DNA of 64,000 nucleotides from a virus (Duplodnaviria; Caudoviricetes): IMG/VR virus record IMGVR_UViG_3300028601_000022, positions 78,807 to 142,806 of that record; one strand, 5' to 3'. Shown piece by piece: positions 55,326 to 64,000 of this stretch (position 1 is its first letter; each line of letters starts with the position of its first letter). The notes under the pieces were generated by a model. It saw only the letters and a program-made list of their open reading frames with translations, ran no database searches and was not told where the DNA came from. The position numbers and the translations under genes were made by a program.

Positions 55326-55796
55326 ATGAAAGTTTCATCCTACAAGGATATCATTGACGGTATTATCCGTCACCAGGAAATTGTAGACCTGACGAAGCTG
55401 AGGGTAAGCCTCAACAAGGCGAAGGATTCGTCTAAGCCCGTAACAACAAGGGTGAATCGCCTTATTGACACCCTTGCATTGGCTACGTCATACCATGAAC
55501 GCCTCACACAAATCAAGATTTCACTAAGAAGGGTAGAGGCGCAACTGCAAAAGTCCCTTGCAGAAAAACGCGCAGAGGTCATGATGGACGATGTTTTCTC
55601 CTCGTCCCGCCGCAAGGCTGACCAAACTTTCCTTCTGGAGAAACGCTGTAAGTCCTTGCTTGCCATGAAAGAATACCTCACTTCGAGGCAAGAGAGTGTG
55701 CAGTATGCGCTGGACTATGTTACCGCGGCATCCTTCAATATCAAAAGCATCATTGCTGTTCTGAAGGAATTTTTCAACGCTGAAGGGGTCAGCTAA
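55326..55796 (+). CDS. helical hypothetical protein (possibly UvsY-like)
   Basis: 156-aa coiled-coil pattern in replication region. Confidence 0.5.
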   Translation: MKVSSYKDIIDGIIRHQEIVDLTKLRVSLNKAKDSSKPVTTRVNRLIDTLALATSYHERLTQIKISLRRVEAQLQKSLAEKRAEVMMDDVFSSSRRKADQTFLLEKRCKSLLAMKEYLTSRQESVQYALDYVTAASFNIKSIIAVLKEFFNAEGVS

Positions 55797-55817
55797 AACA
55801 GTTAGAAGGAGCACCGC

Positions 55818-57737
55818 ATGGCTAAGGCCAAAAAAGTAGCGTACAACGAGGACGCAATTGAGGCTCTCGAAGGACTCGAAGGCGTCCGTGAAAATGTCGA
55901 TATGTACTTGGGACACCAAGAGTCCCAGGTCATGCACTGCTTGCGTGAGGTTGTTGAGAATACAATCGACATTTGGTCAAAGGGTCTTAACTCCTTCTGT
56001 CACATCATTGTGTCAGGCTCAAAGAAGGAGCAGGTCTTCACCGTCATTGACGAAGGCCCTGGCATACCGGTAGGTGTGCATAAGAAGCTGGGCATATCGA
56101 CCCTCGAGGTAGTGCTGACCAAGCTGCATGCCGGTTCAAACTTCAAAGCGAAAGAAAAGGACAAGACTGCAACACGCGGCAAGCACGGCGTGGGCGTATC
56201 TTGTGTTTGCGCAGTATCAAAGGAGTTTTATGCTTCTACCTCCCGCGACGGGAAATGGTACTCCCAGACTTTCTCTAAGGGCCGCAAGAAAACAGAAGTA
56301 GAGCGGGTGAAAAACCCCGTTACTCCCCTGTGTGCAATTCCCAAAGTGAAGTCGGGCACAGTCATCCAGTATGCGCTGGACAAATCGGTTATGCCGGATA
56401 CCGTTCTTACAAAGAACCAGATATTCGACTATGGCCGCATCGTATCCGCCCTGTGCAAGGGCTTGAAGGTTCGCGTCACATTCAACGGCGAAGAAAAGAC
56501 ATTCCACAACAAACACGGCATCATTGACGCACTCGACTTCTTCAAGGAACGGAACAGCAAAAAGAATACGGAATACCTCGGTAAGCCGTTTCAGTTTGAA
56601 GCCGACAGCATTCAGTGCGCCATTCAATGGTCGAATCTCCCTGGCGAGGACAACGTAGCGAACTATGTCAACTTTGCGTCCACACCGGACGTGCAATCCA
56701 CTTCGGTAAAGGGTGCATTTGACGTTATTGGGCGCGTGTTCAAGAAGGTGAAAGTGAAGGGCGCAGACTTCACAGTAGCCGATTTGCGCGAGGGCATGGT
56801 GCTTGTTCTGCACTATATGTGCAACAATGCCCGCTATGCTGGCCAGAACAAGGAAAAGCTCAATACGGTTGAAGCGGTCGAGGACGTCAAGCGTTTGCTT
56901 GAACAACCGCTCACCAAGTGGGTTAAGGAAAATGAAAAGCTGGTGCGTAAAATCATCAAGCGCGCTTCCGATATCCGCAAGGCCCGTGCAGAAGCCAAGA
57001 AGATTACACAGGCCGCGTCAAGTTTGAAAGCTTCCAAGAAGAACCTTGCAGGCAGCGATAAGCTGCGCATGTGTTCCAAGAAGTGCCCTGCTGCCGAGCG
57101 TGAACTCATCCTCGCAGAAGGTGACAGCGCAGGCGGCGCATTGTTCCTTGCTCGAAACAACTACAATCAAATCATCCTCTCACTGCGCGGCAAGCCGCTC
57201 AACGTGATGAAGACCAAGTCCATTGCGCAGGACTTGAAGAACAAGGAAATCCAGGACATCCTTATTGCTATCGGCGCAGACCCCAAGAAGATTGCAAAGG
57301 GTGAGCATCTTACGGAAGTGGCAGTCGGCAAAATTCTGCTTGCAACAGATGCAGACATTGACGGCGCCCACATCCGTACTCTCATTAACTGCATACTCTA
57401 CAAGTACGTCAGGGCAGTGTTTGCGGCAAACATGGTCTACATCCTCAAGATGCCTCTTTACCAGGCTGCTTGGACAGAGAAGGGTGAAGAAGTTCGCTCA
57501 TACGGCGATACGCTGGAAGAAGCAATGAAGGGCGCCCCCAAACGCGCTACTGTAACACGCTTCAAGGGCTTGGGCGAAATGACAGCGGAGCAGATGGAGC
57601 CCTACTCCCACTCTGGCAGCAAACTCCGCAAGCTGGTTCCGATAACCGAGATTGAAGCCAAGAAGGACCATGATGAATACATGCGACTGACTGGCGAGAA
57701 CACCGACTATCGGAAGAAGATGTTCAACATCCAATAA
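55818..57737 (+). CDS. type IIA topoisomerase B subunit (GyrB/ParE-like)
   Basis: E...N.ID, D.G.GIP, LHAG, G.HGVG, EGDSA, LRGK, DADIDG.HI, RFKGLGEM. Confidence 0.95.
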   Translation: MAKAKKVAYNEDAIEALEGLEGVRENVDMYLGHQESQVMHCLREVVENTIDIWSKGLNSFCHIIVSGSKKEQVFTVIDEGPGIPVGVHKKLGISTLEVVLTKLHAGSNFKAKEKDKTATRGKHGVGVSCVCAVSKEFYASTSRDGKWYSQTFSKGRKKTEVERVKNPVTPLCAIPKVKSGTVIQYALDKSVMPDTVLTKNQIFDYGRIVSALCKGLKVRVTFNGEEKTFHNKHGIIDALDFFKERNSKKNTEYLGKPFQFEADSIQCAIQWSNLPGEDNVANYVNFASTPDVQSTSVKGAFDVIGRVFKKVKVKGADFTVADLREGMVLVLHYMCNNARYAGQNKEKLNTVEAVEDVKRLLEQPLTKWVKENEKLVRKIIKRASDIRKARAEAKKITQAASSLKASKKNLAGSDKLRMCSKKCPAAERELILAEGDSAGGALFLARNNYNQIILSLRGKPLNVMKTKSIAQDLKNKEIQDILIAIGADPKKIAKGEHLTEVAVGKILLATDADIDGAHIRTLINCILYKYVRAVFAANMVYILKMPLYQAAWTEKGEEVRSYGDTLEEAMKGAPKRATVTRFKGLGEMTAEQMEPYSHSGSKLRKLVPITEIEAKKDHDEYMRLTGENTDYRKKMFNIQ

Positions 57738-57754
57738 GCCCTTGCGAGGACACA

Positions 57755-59116
57755 ATGAATATACTTGAAATGGCAAAGCAGGACATGAAGGGGTACGGCG
57801 AAGAGGTTCTGAAAGAACGCGCTATCCCCGACTTTCGGGATGGCCTAAAGCCTGTTCACCGCAGGATTCTGTGGTCTTGCTATGAGTTGGGTTTGCACCA
57901 TACGGGCGGCACAAAGAAGTGCGCAAGAATCGTTGGTGACTGCCTGGGCAAGTTTCACCCGCATGGCGACCAGAGCGTGTATCAGGCTCTTGTAGGTATG
58001 GCAACAAGCAATGCTCAGGAGCCTCTCATTCATGGACAAGGGAACTTCGGTGGCGTTGAAGACTCGGCTGCTGCAATGCGTTATACGGAAGCAAAGCTGT
58101 CCGCGTATTCAGACAAGTACCTCCTTGACCCTGACTATCTTGCAGTTATGCCTTTGGTTCCCAACTACGACTACACGGAAAAGGAACCGGTCTACTTGCC
58201 TAGCAAGATTCCGAATATCTTTGTCATGGGCACAGAAGGCATTGCATATGGCTGCTCCAACTTCATGCCCACTTTCTCAAGGCAATCTGTTATTGCTCTT
58301 GTCAAGAAGGCGCTTACAGGAAGCGAGATTAACGGCAAGCTTCTTTTGAAGACTTTGAAGTTCAAGTTCACCAACGGCGGTATTGTATGTTCCTCCAACA
58401 GGGAAATACGCAGCTACTTTGAATCCGGCGTCGGCCGCCTTGAGTTTACATGCGAGGTCTCAAAGGGAAAGAAGGACAACATCCTCGTTGTCGATACCCT
58501 CGCTCCCCGCATAAAGCCTTCGAAACTTGAAGCGCAGATGAATGCTATCAAGGATGTGGCGAATGTTGACCCCGTGAAGACCAGGACAAACCCCCACTGG
58601 TTCGAGGTCACGATTAAGAAAAGCGCAGACTGTAAGGCGGTCATTGACAAGATTCGCAATATGGCAACCACTGCGCTTAACTTTCAGACCTACGTAACGC
58701 ACCGTCACGATGATGGCTCTGTTACTTTCAAGAAAACCACCCCAGTGGAAATCCTTGAAGACTGGATTGCCTGGCGCCTTGACTTTGAAAAGAAGGTCTT
58801 GGCTCGCCTCATTGGCCTTGAAGAAGCCCAGATAAACCGCTACAACTGGCTCATTTGGGCTTGCAACAACCTCAAGCTCATTATGCAGGCTCTTGAATCC
58901 AAGAATCCGGATGCGTTTCTCCGGAAGAAAGGAAAGCTCTCGGCAGAAGCGGTCGAGTTCATCCTTTCGCAGCAGGTTCGCCGGTTGGCCAAGTTGGAAC
59001 TCTCCGGCCTTAAGGAGAAGTTGAAGAAGCACACCAAGAAGTGCAAGTCCCTCAACAAAGACCTGAAAAGCAAGGTTCGCTTGGTAGGCCGCGTGATTGA
59101 TACCCTCGAAAAATAA
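57755..59116 (+). CDS. type IIA topoisomerase A subunit lacking C-terminal pinwheel
   Basis: RAIPD.RDGLKPVHRR, HPHGD, GNFG, AAAMRYTE; only 453 aa. Confidence 0.95.
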   Translation: MNILEMAKQDMKGYGEEVLKERAIPDFRDGLKPVHRRILWSCYELGLHHTGGTKKCARIVGDCLGKFHPHGDQSVYQALVGMATSNAQEPLIHGQGNFGGVEDSAAAMRYTEAKLSAYSDKYLLDPDYLAVMPLVPNYDYTEKEPVYLPSKIPNIFVMGTEGIAYGCSNFMPTFSRQSVIALVKKALTGSEINGKLLLKTLKFKFTNGGIVCSSNREIRSYFESGVGRLEFTCEVSKGKKDNILVVDTLAPRIKPSKLEAQMNAIKDVANVDPVKTRTNPHWFEVTIKKSADCKAVIDKIRNMATTALNFQTYVTHRHDDGSVTFKKTTPVEILEDWIAWRLDFEKKVLARLIGLEEAQINRYNWLIWACNNLKLIMQALESKNPDAFLRKKGKLSAEAVEFILSQQVRRLAKLELSGLKEKLKKHTKKCKSLNKDLKSKVRLVGRVIDTLEK

Positions 59117-59126
59117 GGAGCTCATT

Positions 59127-60110
59127 ATGCAGCTTTCTATCCTCACCTCAGTCCATGACGTTCCTGATGCCGATTTGCGGCTCAACCTCACAAGCTCCCT
59201 TGCCCAGGATGCTGACCTTGAGGTGATTGTGATAGCCGATGCGGCTACTGAAAGCAATCTCAACACCCTCAGAGAGTTTGCCAGCGAAGACAAGAGGCTG
59301 AAGGTCTTTGGTGTTGAAGACGGCAAGAACGTAGGACCTGGCGCTGCTCTTAACCGGGCGCTCATGTATGCCTCAGGTGAATACATTGGTGTGGTTGATG
59401 GCGACGACTGGGCAGATACCAACTTCTTCGGTACTCTCCTTAAGACTGCCGAGGCCACCAGAGCACCGGTCGCGAAGGGCAATGTTATTATGCACCGTAA
59501 TGGCGTCCCTGTTCGTGTGCTGAATATATGTGACGATATGCGCACTAACCATTACAAGTTCAGTTGGCAGCATTGGTCGGCTATCTACAACCGCAAGTTC
59601 CTTCTGGAAAACGGCATCCTTTGGTTCCCTGAAACCAGCAAGAATGCGGAAACTCTCTTCCTTGCCAAGGTCTGCGCCTTCACTGATTCAATTGGCCTTT
59701 GCCCTGACGTGTTCTATAATTACAACCGCAGACCGAACTCTGTGGATGCAGACTTGCTTGGGGAGCAGAAGTTTATTGATAGCTCCCATGTCCGTTATAA
59801 GGCGGCAGAATTTCTGCTTATGGTGTTCAACCACCTCGTGCCCGGTCACCTTGCCTGGTACGTAGGCGAAGAATGCCTTTCTCGCCTTATAATTGAAAGC
59901 GCCAGGGCAGACAGCAACAAAGCATACGAAGCCGCAGCCCGTGGTTTCGTCAACATTGTTACGCTCGTGGATGGCAGTTCCTCGGTGGTACCGTTCGAGC
60001 GTTATGTTCGGGAGCGGTTCCCGAAGTTCACTGGCGAGTTGAGCGACTACGGGGCCATTCTGTCCTATATGAAAAGCCAACCGTATAAGACCGCTGTGGA
60101 ATGCTCCTAG
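59127..60110 (+). CDS. GT2 glycosyltransferase
   Basis: EVIV..D, N.G.GAA.N..L..ASGEY...VDGDD, W..IY.R.FL. Confidence 0.8.
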   Translation: MQLSILTSVHDVPDADLRLNLTSSLAQDADLEVIVIADAATESNLNTLREFASEDKRLKVFGVEDGKNVGPGAALNRALMYASGEYIGVVDGDDWADTNFFGTLLKTAEATRAPVAKGNVIMHRNGVPVRVLNICDDMRTNHYKFSWQHWSAIYNRKFLLENGILWFPETSKNAETLFLAKVCAFTDSIGLCPDVFYNYNRRPNSVDADLLGEQKFIDSSHVRYKAAEFLLMVFNHLVPGHLAWYVGEECLSRLIIESARADSNKAYEAAARGFVNIVTLVDGSSSVVPFERYVRERFPKFTGELSDYGAILSYMKSQPYKTAVECS

Positions 60111-60138
60111 GGCCCTATTTAGGGCTAAAACACCAGGC

Positions 60139-60167
60139 TTGACAAATAGTTCTAGTTATGTTATAAT
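60139..60167 (+). promoter_or_regulatory. consensus sigma70 (early) promoter
   Basis: TTGACA-17-TATAAT with TG; same CAGGCTTGACAAAT context as 54740. Confidence 0.9.
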
Positions 60168-60204
60168 GCGAAGCATGATTAGACTTTGAAAGGAGGAAAT
60201 TTTT

Positions 60205-60957
60205 ATGGAATCATATAACGCTGCGGTGACCGCTATCAAGAAATTGAGCACCGGCACATTCCGCAATCGCCAGGCTTATGTTGACCAGTTCAAAGGAATC
60301 ACCGCTGCACTTAACAAGGTGGCTGATGAATATGCCGAAATAGGGCACAACAAACTTTCCACCAGCGTTCTGACCCTGCGAAACAAATTGCAGAGGGCCA
60401 TGCAGAAGGTTGCTGACGGCAAGCTTTCGTCCGTTTCTGAAATTAAGGAACTGGCGAAAGAGGCGGTGCGGTCAATGGCTGCCCTCAGCCCGAAGACGGC
60501 TGATAAAATTCAGGACAAGGCTGGTATAAGTGACCAGTCTAAGGTGTTCGCTGGATTCAACAAGAAGCGCGTTGCCCTTTCGACCGACTCCGCTACGGCA
60601 GCTTTCAAGCTGGAAAAGGCGCCTATGCTTCTCCTGTTCAAGAACCGAATCACCGGTGTGCAGGAAAAGCTCCTCAAGTCCTTTGGTGCTACGTTCTACC
60701 AGGGAACCAACGGCGTCAGTATCCCTAGCGTCCCCATTCTTGTGCTGAATAAGCGCGTGGTGGCCGAAAAGGACTTTGGGCGGACTGTAAAGTCTATCCT
60801 GCGCAGCTTGAAGCGGCCCGACCTGGCTGTGTTTATGAACGACGGCGTCACCAAGCGTAACTACGTTGCCTTCCCTGTCTTTGAACCGAAGCACGCCGAA
60901 ATTATGAGCGTGATTTTCTTCGACTCTCTCCAGAGCAAAGAGCTTTGGGTATCCTAG
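60205..60957 (+). CDS. early hypothetical protein
   Basis: AAGGAGG RBS directly behind the promoter. Confidence 0.75.
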   Translation: MESYNAAVTAIKKLSTGTFRNRQAYVDQFKGITAALNKVADEYAEIGHNKLSTSVLTLRNKLQRAMQKVADGKLSSVSEIKELAKEAVRSMAALSPKTADKIQDKAGISDQSKVFAGFNKKRVALSTDSATAAFKLEKAPMLLLFKNRITGVQEKLLKSFGATFYQGTNGVSIPSVPILVLNKRVVAEKDFGRTVKSILRSLKRPDLAVFMNDGVTKRNYVAFPVFEPKHAEIMSVIFFDSLQSKELWVS

Positions 60958-60982
60958 GTTCAGGTATCAGGGAGGGTTTAGC

Positions 60983-61360
60983 ATGATATGCGAAGTGTCC
61001 GGTCGCGACTGTCCTACATTAGATGAACACCACGTCATCCCCAGAGAGTTCGGTGGTAAAGATGGCCCTACCGTCCGTATCGACCCTGCTATCCACCAGG
61101 CTATCCACCGTTACTGTCGCAATAAAAGAAAGCTTGCCTCTTTTCTGGCAAGCTACCCGGAAAATGTGCGGGCCCGTATCCAGGTTCTTGTGACTGCCAT
61201 TATTGAGGCAGAGAGTAACTTGGAGCGGGCCCGCTCCTACACCCTAACGCTGGAATTAACGGAGGAAGAGTATAAGAAGTTGACCCGTCTTGCTAAGGAT
61301 AACCGTTCTACGGAGACCAAGATAGCTAAGACTCTTTTGTCCAACCTACTGTCGCGTTAA
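60983..61360 (+). CDS. HNH-like protein with C-terminal RHH-like segment
   Basis: CEV...HHVIP...GG...H.AIH; TLTLELTEEEY..L..LA. Confidence 0.65.
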   Translation: MICEVSGRDCPTLDEHHVIPREFGGKDGPTVRIDPAIHQAIHRYCRNKRKLASFLASYPENVRARIQVLVTAIIEAESNLERARSYTLTLELTEEEYKKLTRLAKDNRSTETKIAKTLLSNLLSR

Positions 61361-61382
61361 TCGGCGCGTTAGAGGGAAAGAA

Positions 61383-62156
61383 ATGCAAGCATTGCTTTTG
61401 CCGTTTTATACTCGCATGGAACTCGAAGCCTACTCAAGGTCAGATAGGCAAGAAATACTCCAGCATGTAGTGGAGTACCTTCTGGGATGCAGGCGCTTCA
61501 ATGTCACTAAGCGGGCTTTGTCGGAGTTTGAATGTCATAATGAGTTTCAGCAAACTCTCCGTGACCTTACGCCTGAATACCAGAGGATTTACCGTAGTGC
61601 CCTACGAAAGTACGCGCAGGGGAAGAAGGTAGCTATTCACGACTTTGACAGGCATCACCTTAGGGATGTAGACCTCGCCAGCTTGAATGTGAAAAGACGG
61701 GCGTACCCCACAGAGGCCGAAGTTATGAAGTCCATGTCTTACACCATAAATTCAAGGGCGTACAGACTTAGGGCTAACCGAAAAATACAGCGCATGACCT
61801 CTTGTGGTGTTGACGATATAAAGCAGATAATGTACCTGAGGATACTAGGTGCGTATCGTGTGTATCTTCCGTCCGTTGGGCGGTGCTTGCCTACCCAGGC
61901 ATTCTATTCTATCCTTCACAGTGCCCTTTCTTCTTCCATCATTGACAAGATGCGGGAACTGGATTCAAATAAGGCACAGCTTACGGTTCCGTTTGCGCTT
62001 CTTGGTCAGGATTTTGAAGATAGCGTAGATTCCTCGTACTACGGAACAGGTAAGTACCATGCTTCCCCCGAAGAGGTACTGCAGGCTAAAGAATCCCTCT
62101 ACTCGGTAGTCTCTCACCAAGACCGTCTTGACCTCATAGAAGCATTTTCCCACTAA
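61383..62156 (+). CDS. hypothetical protein, possible ECF-like sigma region 2
   Basis: DDIKQ..YL.IL.AY...F...L...IIDKMR...SPEE. Confidence 0.4.
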   Translation: MQALLLPFYTRMELEAYSRSDRQEILQHVVEYLLGCRRFNVTKRALSEFECHNEFQQTLRDLTPEYQRIYRSALRKYAQGKKVAIHDFDRHHLRDVDLASLNVKRRAYPTEAEVMKSMSYTINSRAYRLRANRKIQRMTSCGVDDIKQIMYLRILGAYRVYLPSVGRCLPTQAFYSILHSALSSSIIDKMRELDSNKAQLTVPFALLGQDFEDSVDSSYYGTGKYHASPEEVLQAKESLYSVVSHQDRLDLIEAFSH

Positions 62157-62172
62157 GACTAGGAGACCACAT

Positions 62173-62697
62173 ATGAAGACCCAGACTACGAAAAATGAAG
62201 CCGGCTCTACCCGTTCTGTTTCCCTTGTGGTTGTGTATGTTTCGTTGGGAGCGAAGAAAATAAATGCCCTTTCCAACTATTGCGGTAACCTCATTACGTC
62301 TAAGGTCAAGCGCGACGGTAAGTGGGAACTGGCGGCATTGCGCAAAAATGCAGAAAAGCTCCTCAAGCGAATCGTTGACTTTTTCCACAAGGAAAAGATT
62401 TCCCTTGAAACGAAGGGTGGTCTTAGCCGAGTGGTCTTTCCTTTCAAAGATATCCTGACCAAGCGCCGCAGGAAGAATCTCGGCCTAGAGATAACTCCTA
62501 TCGGCCTCGTGTTCGGTAAGTGTGCCGAAGCCGTCAAAGAGAGCCTGGTTCCTCCTATTCCTGAGGAAGACAAGGCTTTTCACAAGTGGGATATTGTGAT
62601 AGACGGCTTGCTTGCCAGCTATACCGAAAAGAAACAGTACGCGGCTCGGAAATGGCTGGAAATGACGGAGCCCGTTGTGCGTAATGCAGAAGCCTAG
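62173..62697 (+). CDS. hypothetical protein
   Basis: AGGAG RBS. Confidence 0.65.
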   Translation: MKTQTTKNEAGSTRSVSLVVVYVSLGAKKINALSNYCGNLITSKVKRDGKWELAALRKNAEKLLKRIVDFFHKEKISLETKGGLSRVVFPFKDILTKRRRKNLGLEITPIGLVFGKCAEAVKESLVPPIPEEDKAFHKWDIVIDGLLASYTEKKQYAARKWLEMTEPVVRNAEA

Positions 62698-62706
62698 GGA
62701 GGGCTT

Positions 62707-63324
62707 ATGAAATTCTATGTGGATTTACTTGGCCTTGTGAAGGAAAATGAAGAGTGGACAGGCGTCCCCTTCTTTCGCTTTACCTATAAGCCGGATATAA
62801 AGAAGTTGTCTATCCGCTTTTTTCGCACCGAAAAGGACAACGGCATCATTTACAGCGGTGAAGTGACACGCAAGACATCCGTTGAAACTGTTGTGAAAAG
62901 CCTGAAGGTCAGCGTCCTGAAAAAAGCAAAGAAAGACGCTATCAGGATGGCCCGCAGAATTATCACTTGGATGTTCGGTCAGATGGATACGGGTAAGCAA
63001 CTGTACCCCAACGTAGGCGCCATCTTCTGCGAAAGTGAGCTTATGCAACCGAAAGCGGCTCAGGACTCGGCCAAGTACGATGAAGAGAGCAAGAAGGATA
63101 TTGACGCCCTGAAAGCTGCAAGCAAAAAGACCACAGACGCCATACGAGCAAGGCTCGCCTCGGGCACCGTTGTCGAAGTTGACTTCACGCTCACCCTCAC
63201 AGCGGATAAGGAAACAAAACGGTTCAAGCGTTTTGTTGTCGCGGCTAACACAGTCGGCATCACCGGTATGGTCTACTTGCCAAAGGGCACACCCGACTCA
63301 CTCACAGTAAAAATCACCGGATAG
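62707..63324 (+). CDS. hypothetical basic protein
   Basis: GGAGG RBS. Confidence 0.65.
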   Translation: MKFYVDLLGLVKENEEWTGVPFFRFTYKPDIKKLSIRFFRTEKDNGIIYSGEVTRKTSVETVVKSLKVSVLKKAKKDAIRMARRIITWMFGQMDTGKQLYPNVGAIFCESELMQPKAAQDSAKYDEESKKDIDALKAASKKTTDAIRARLASGTVVEVDFTLTLTADKETKRFKRFVVAANTVGITGMVYLPKGTPDSLTVKITG

Positions 63325-63339
63325 GTAAAGGAGCACGTT

Positions 63340-63795
63340 ATGTCCAATCCCGTTTACCTCGTTACCTGCCGCAGCAATCCAGACACCATATTCGGCGTGG
63401 GCTCCAGCCCAGATGAAGCAAAGGCCATAATCAACGCAAGTGTTGACGCTGCCAATGACAGCCTTTCATCAGCGCGGTACGACCACGTCATTGAAAATGG
63501 CCTTGACCCCATTGAAGACCTTGACATGGAAGAGTATGCAGAGCCGAGCATCATTCGCCAGTCTTCTCCGGACAACTATGCCATAACGGAAATGCCTCTT
63601 GACCGGCCTGGCGAAACAAACCTTCAGCTTGCCATTATGGCACTTCCTAACCATGACCCGGACGATGAAGAAGACGGTGACGGCGATTGCCCTCCCGGAG
63701 ACCCCGACCCTGATGACCTCGAGGGTGACCCCGACTGGGACGAGGACGAAGCGGAAGAGGAGCCCGAAGCCGAGGGCAGTACAGAAGACCGCTAG
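63340..63795 (+). CDS. acidic hypothetical protein
   Basis: AAGGAG RBS; D/E-rich tail. Confidence 0.7.
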   Translation: MSNPVYLVTCRSNPDTIFGVGSSPDEAKAIINASVDAANDSLSSARYDHVIENGLDPIEDLDMEEYAEPSIIRQSSPDNYAITEMPLDRPGETNLQLAIMALPNHDPDDEEDGDGDCPPGDPDPDDLEGDPDWDEDEAEEEPEAEGSTEDR

Positions 63796-63908
63796 CTCAC
63801 CCGTGTCCTAGCGAACAAATGGGCCGTGGTCTATCAGGGGACTGCGGCCTGTCCCTATTTCGCCAGACAGTGACGCCAAACCCACATCAGATACCGATTT
63901 GACAGCAC

Positions 63909-63937
63909 TTGCCATTCTGGCAGAATTATGTTATAAT
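63909..63937 (+). promoter_or_regulatory. sigma70-type early promoter
   Basis: TTGCCA-17-TATAAT with TG. Confidence 0.8.
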
Positions 63938-64000
63938 GTGCTATAGGGCAATTTCGCCCACAGCACGCAAGATGGGGGGGGGGGAGCCTAAAAAGTAAGT

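Noticed and set aside
1-64000. tRNA/rRNA genes, integrase, alternative genetic code
   Set aside because: No cloverleaf or rRNA signatures or integrase motifs were noticed; genes are intact under the standard code and end with TAA, TAG and TGA.

Overview
This window looks like an internal 64-kb segment of a large, probably myovirus-type lytic dsDNA phage (about 50% GC). I saw no integrase, rRNA, tRNA or CRISPR array. (1) 1-10.8 kb, minus strand: a tailoring-enzyme cluster with APS kinase, four paralogous radical-SAM-like proteins sharing C-terminal CGH...CxxC motifs (degenerate in one), a NodU/CmcH carbamoyltransferase, and a 226-aa protein ending in a C-S2-C-S8-C-S7-C-S7-C-S tail. Putative neck and tail-fibre genes lie upstream. 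(2) 10.8-11.3 kb: a non-coding strand switch, possibly an origin. (3) 11.3-22.6 kb, plus strand: replication and nucleotide genes (Acb1-like 2H phosphoesterase, RuvC-like, SF2 helicase, ThyX, DnaB, MazG-like, a different rSAM). (4) 22.7-30.6 kb: baseplate/tail module (hub, gp53-like, NlpC/P60 tail protein, gp5-like) with a fifth rSAM paralog embedded. (5) 30.6-60.1 kb: QueD-like, GT-B, sulfotransferase, primase, exonuclease, TGT/DpdA-like, sigma-like, SSB with a very long polyampholyte tail, RecA, NAD ligase, UDG-PolA fusion, DnaX, PRTase, UvrD, dNMP kinase, FolE, type II topoisomerase, GT2. (6) 60.1-64 kb: early genes behind consensus sigma70 promoters. The best candidate for a novel system is a phage-encoded multi-radical-SAM, carbamoylation and sulfation machinery acting on a Cys/poly-Ser protein tail, possibly on the virion. 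The second candidate is a 7-deazaguanine-type DNA modification pathway coupled to a glycosyltransferase. All calls come from motif recognition by eye; no searches were run.
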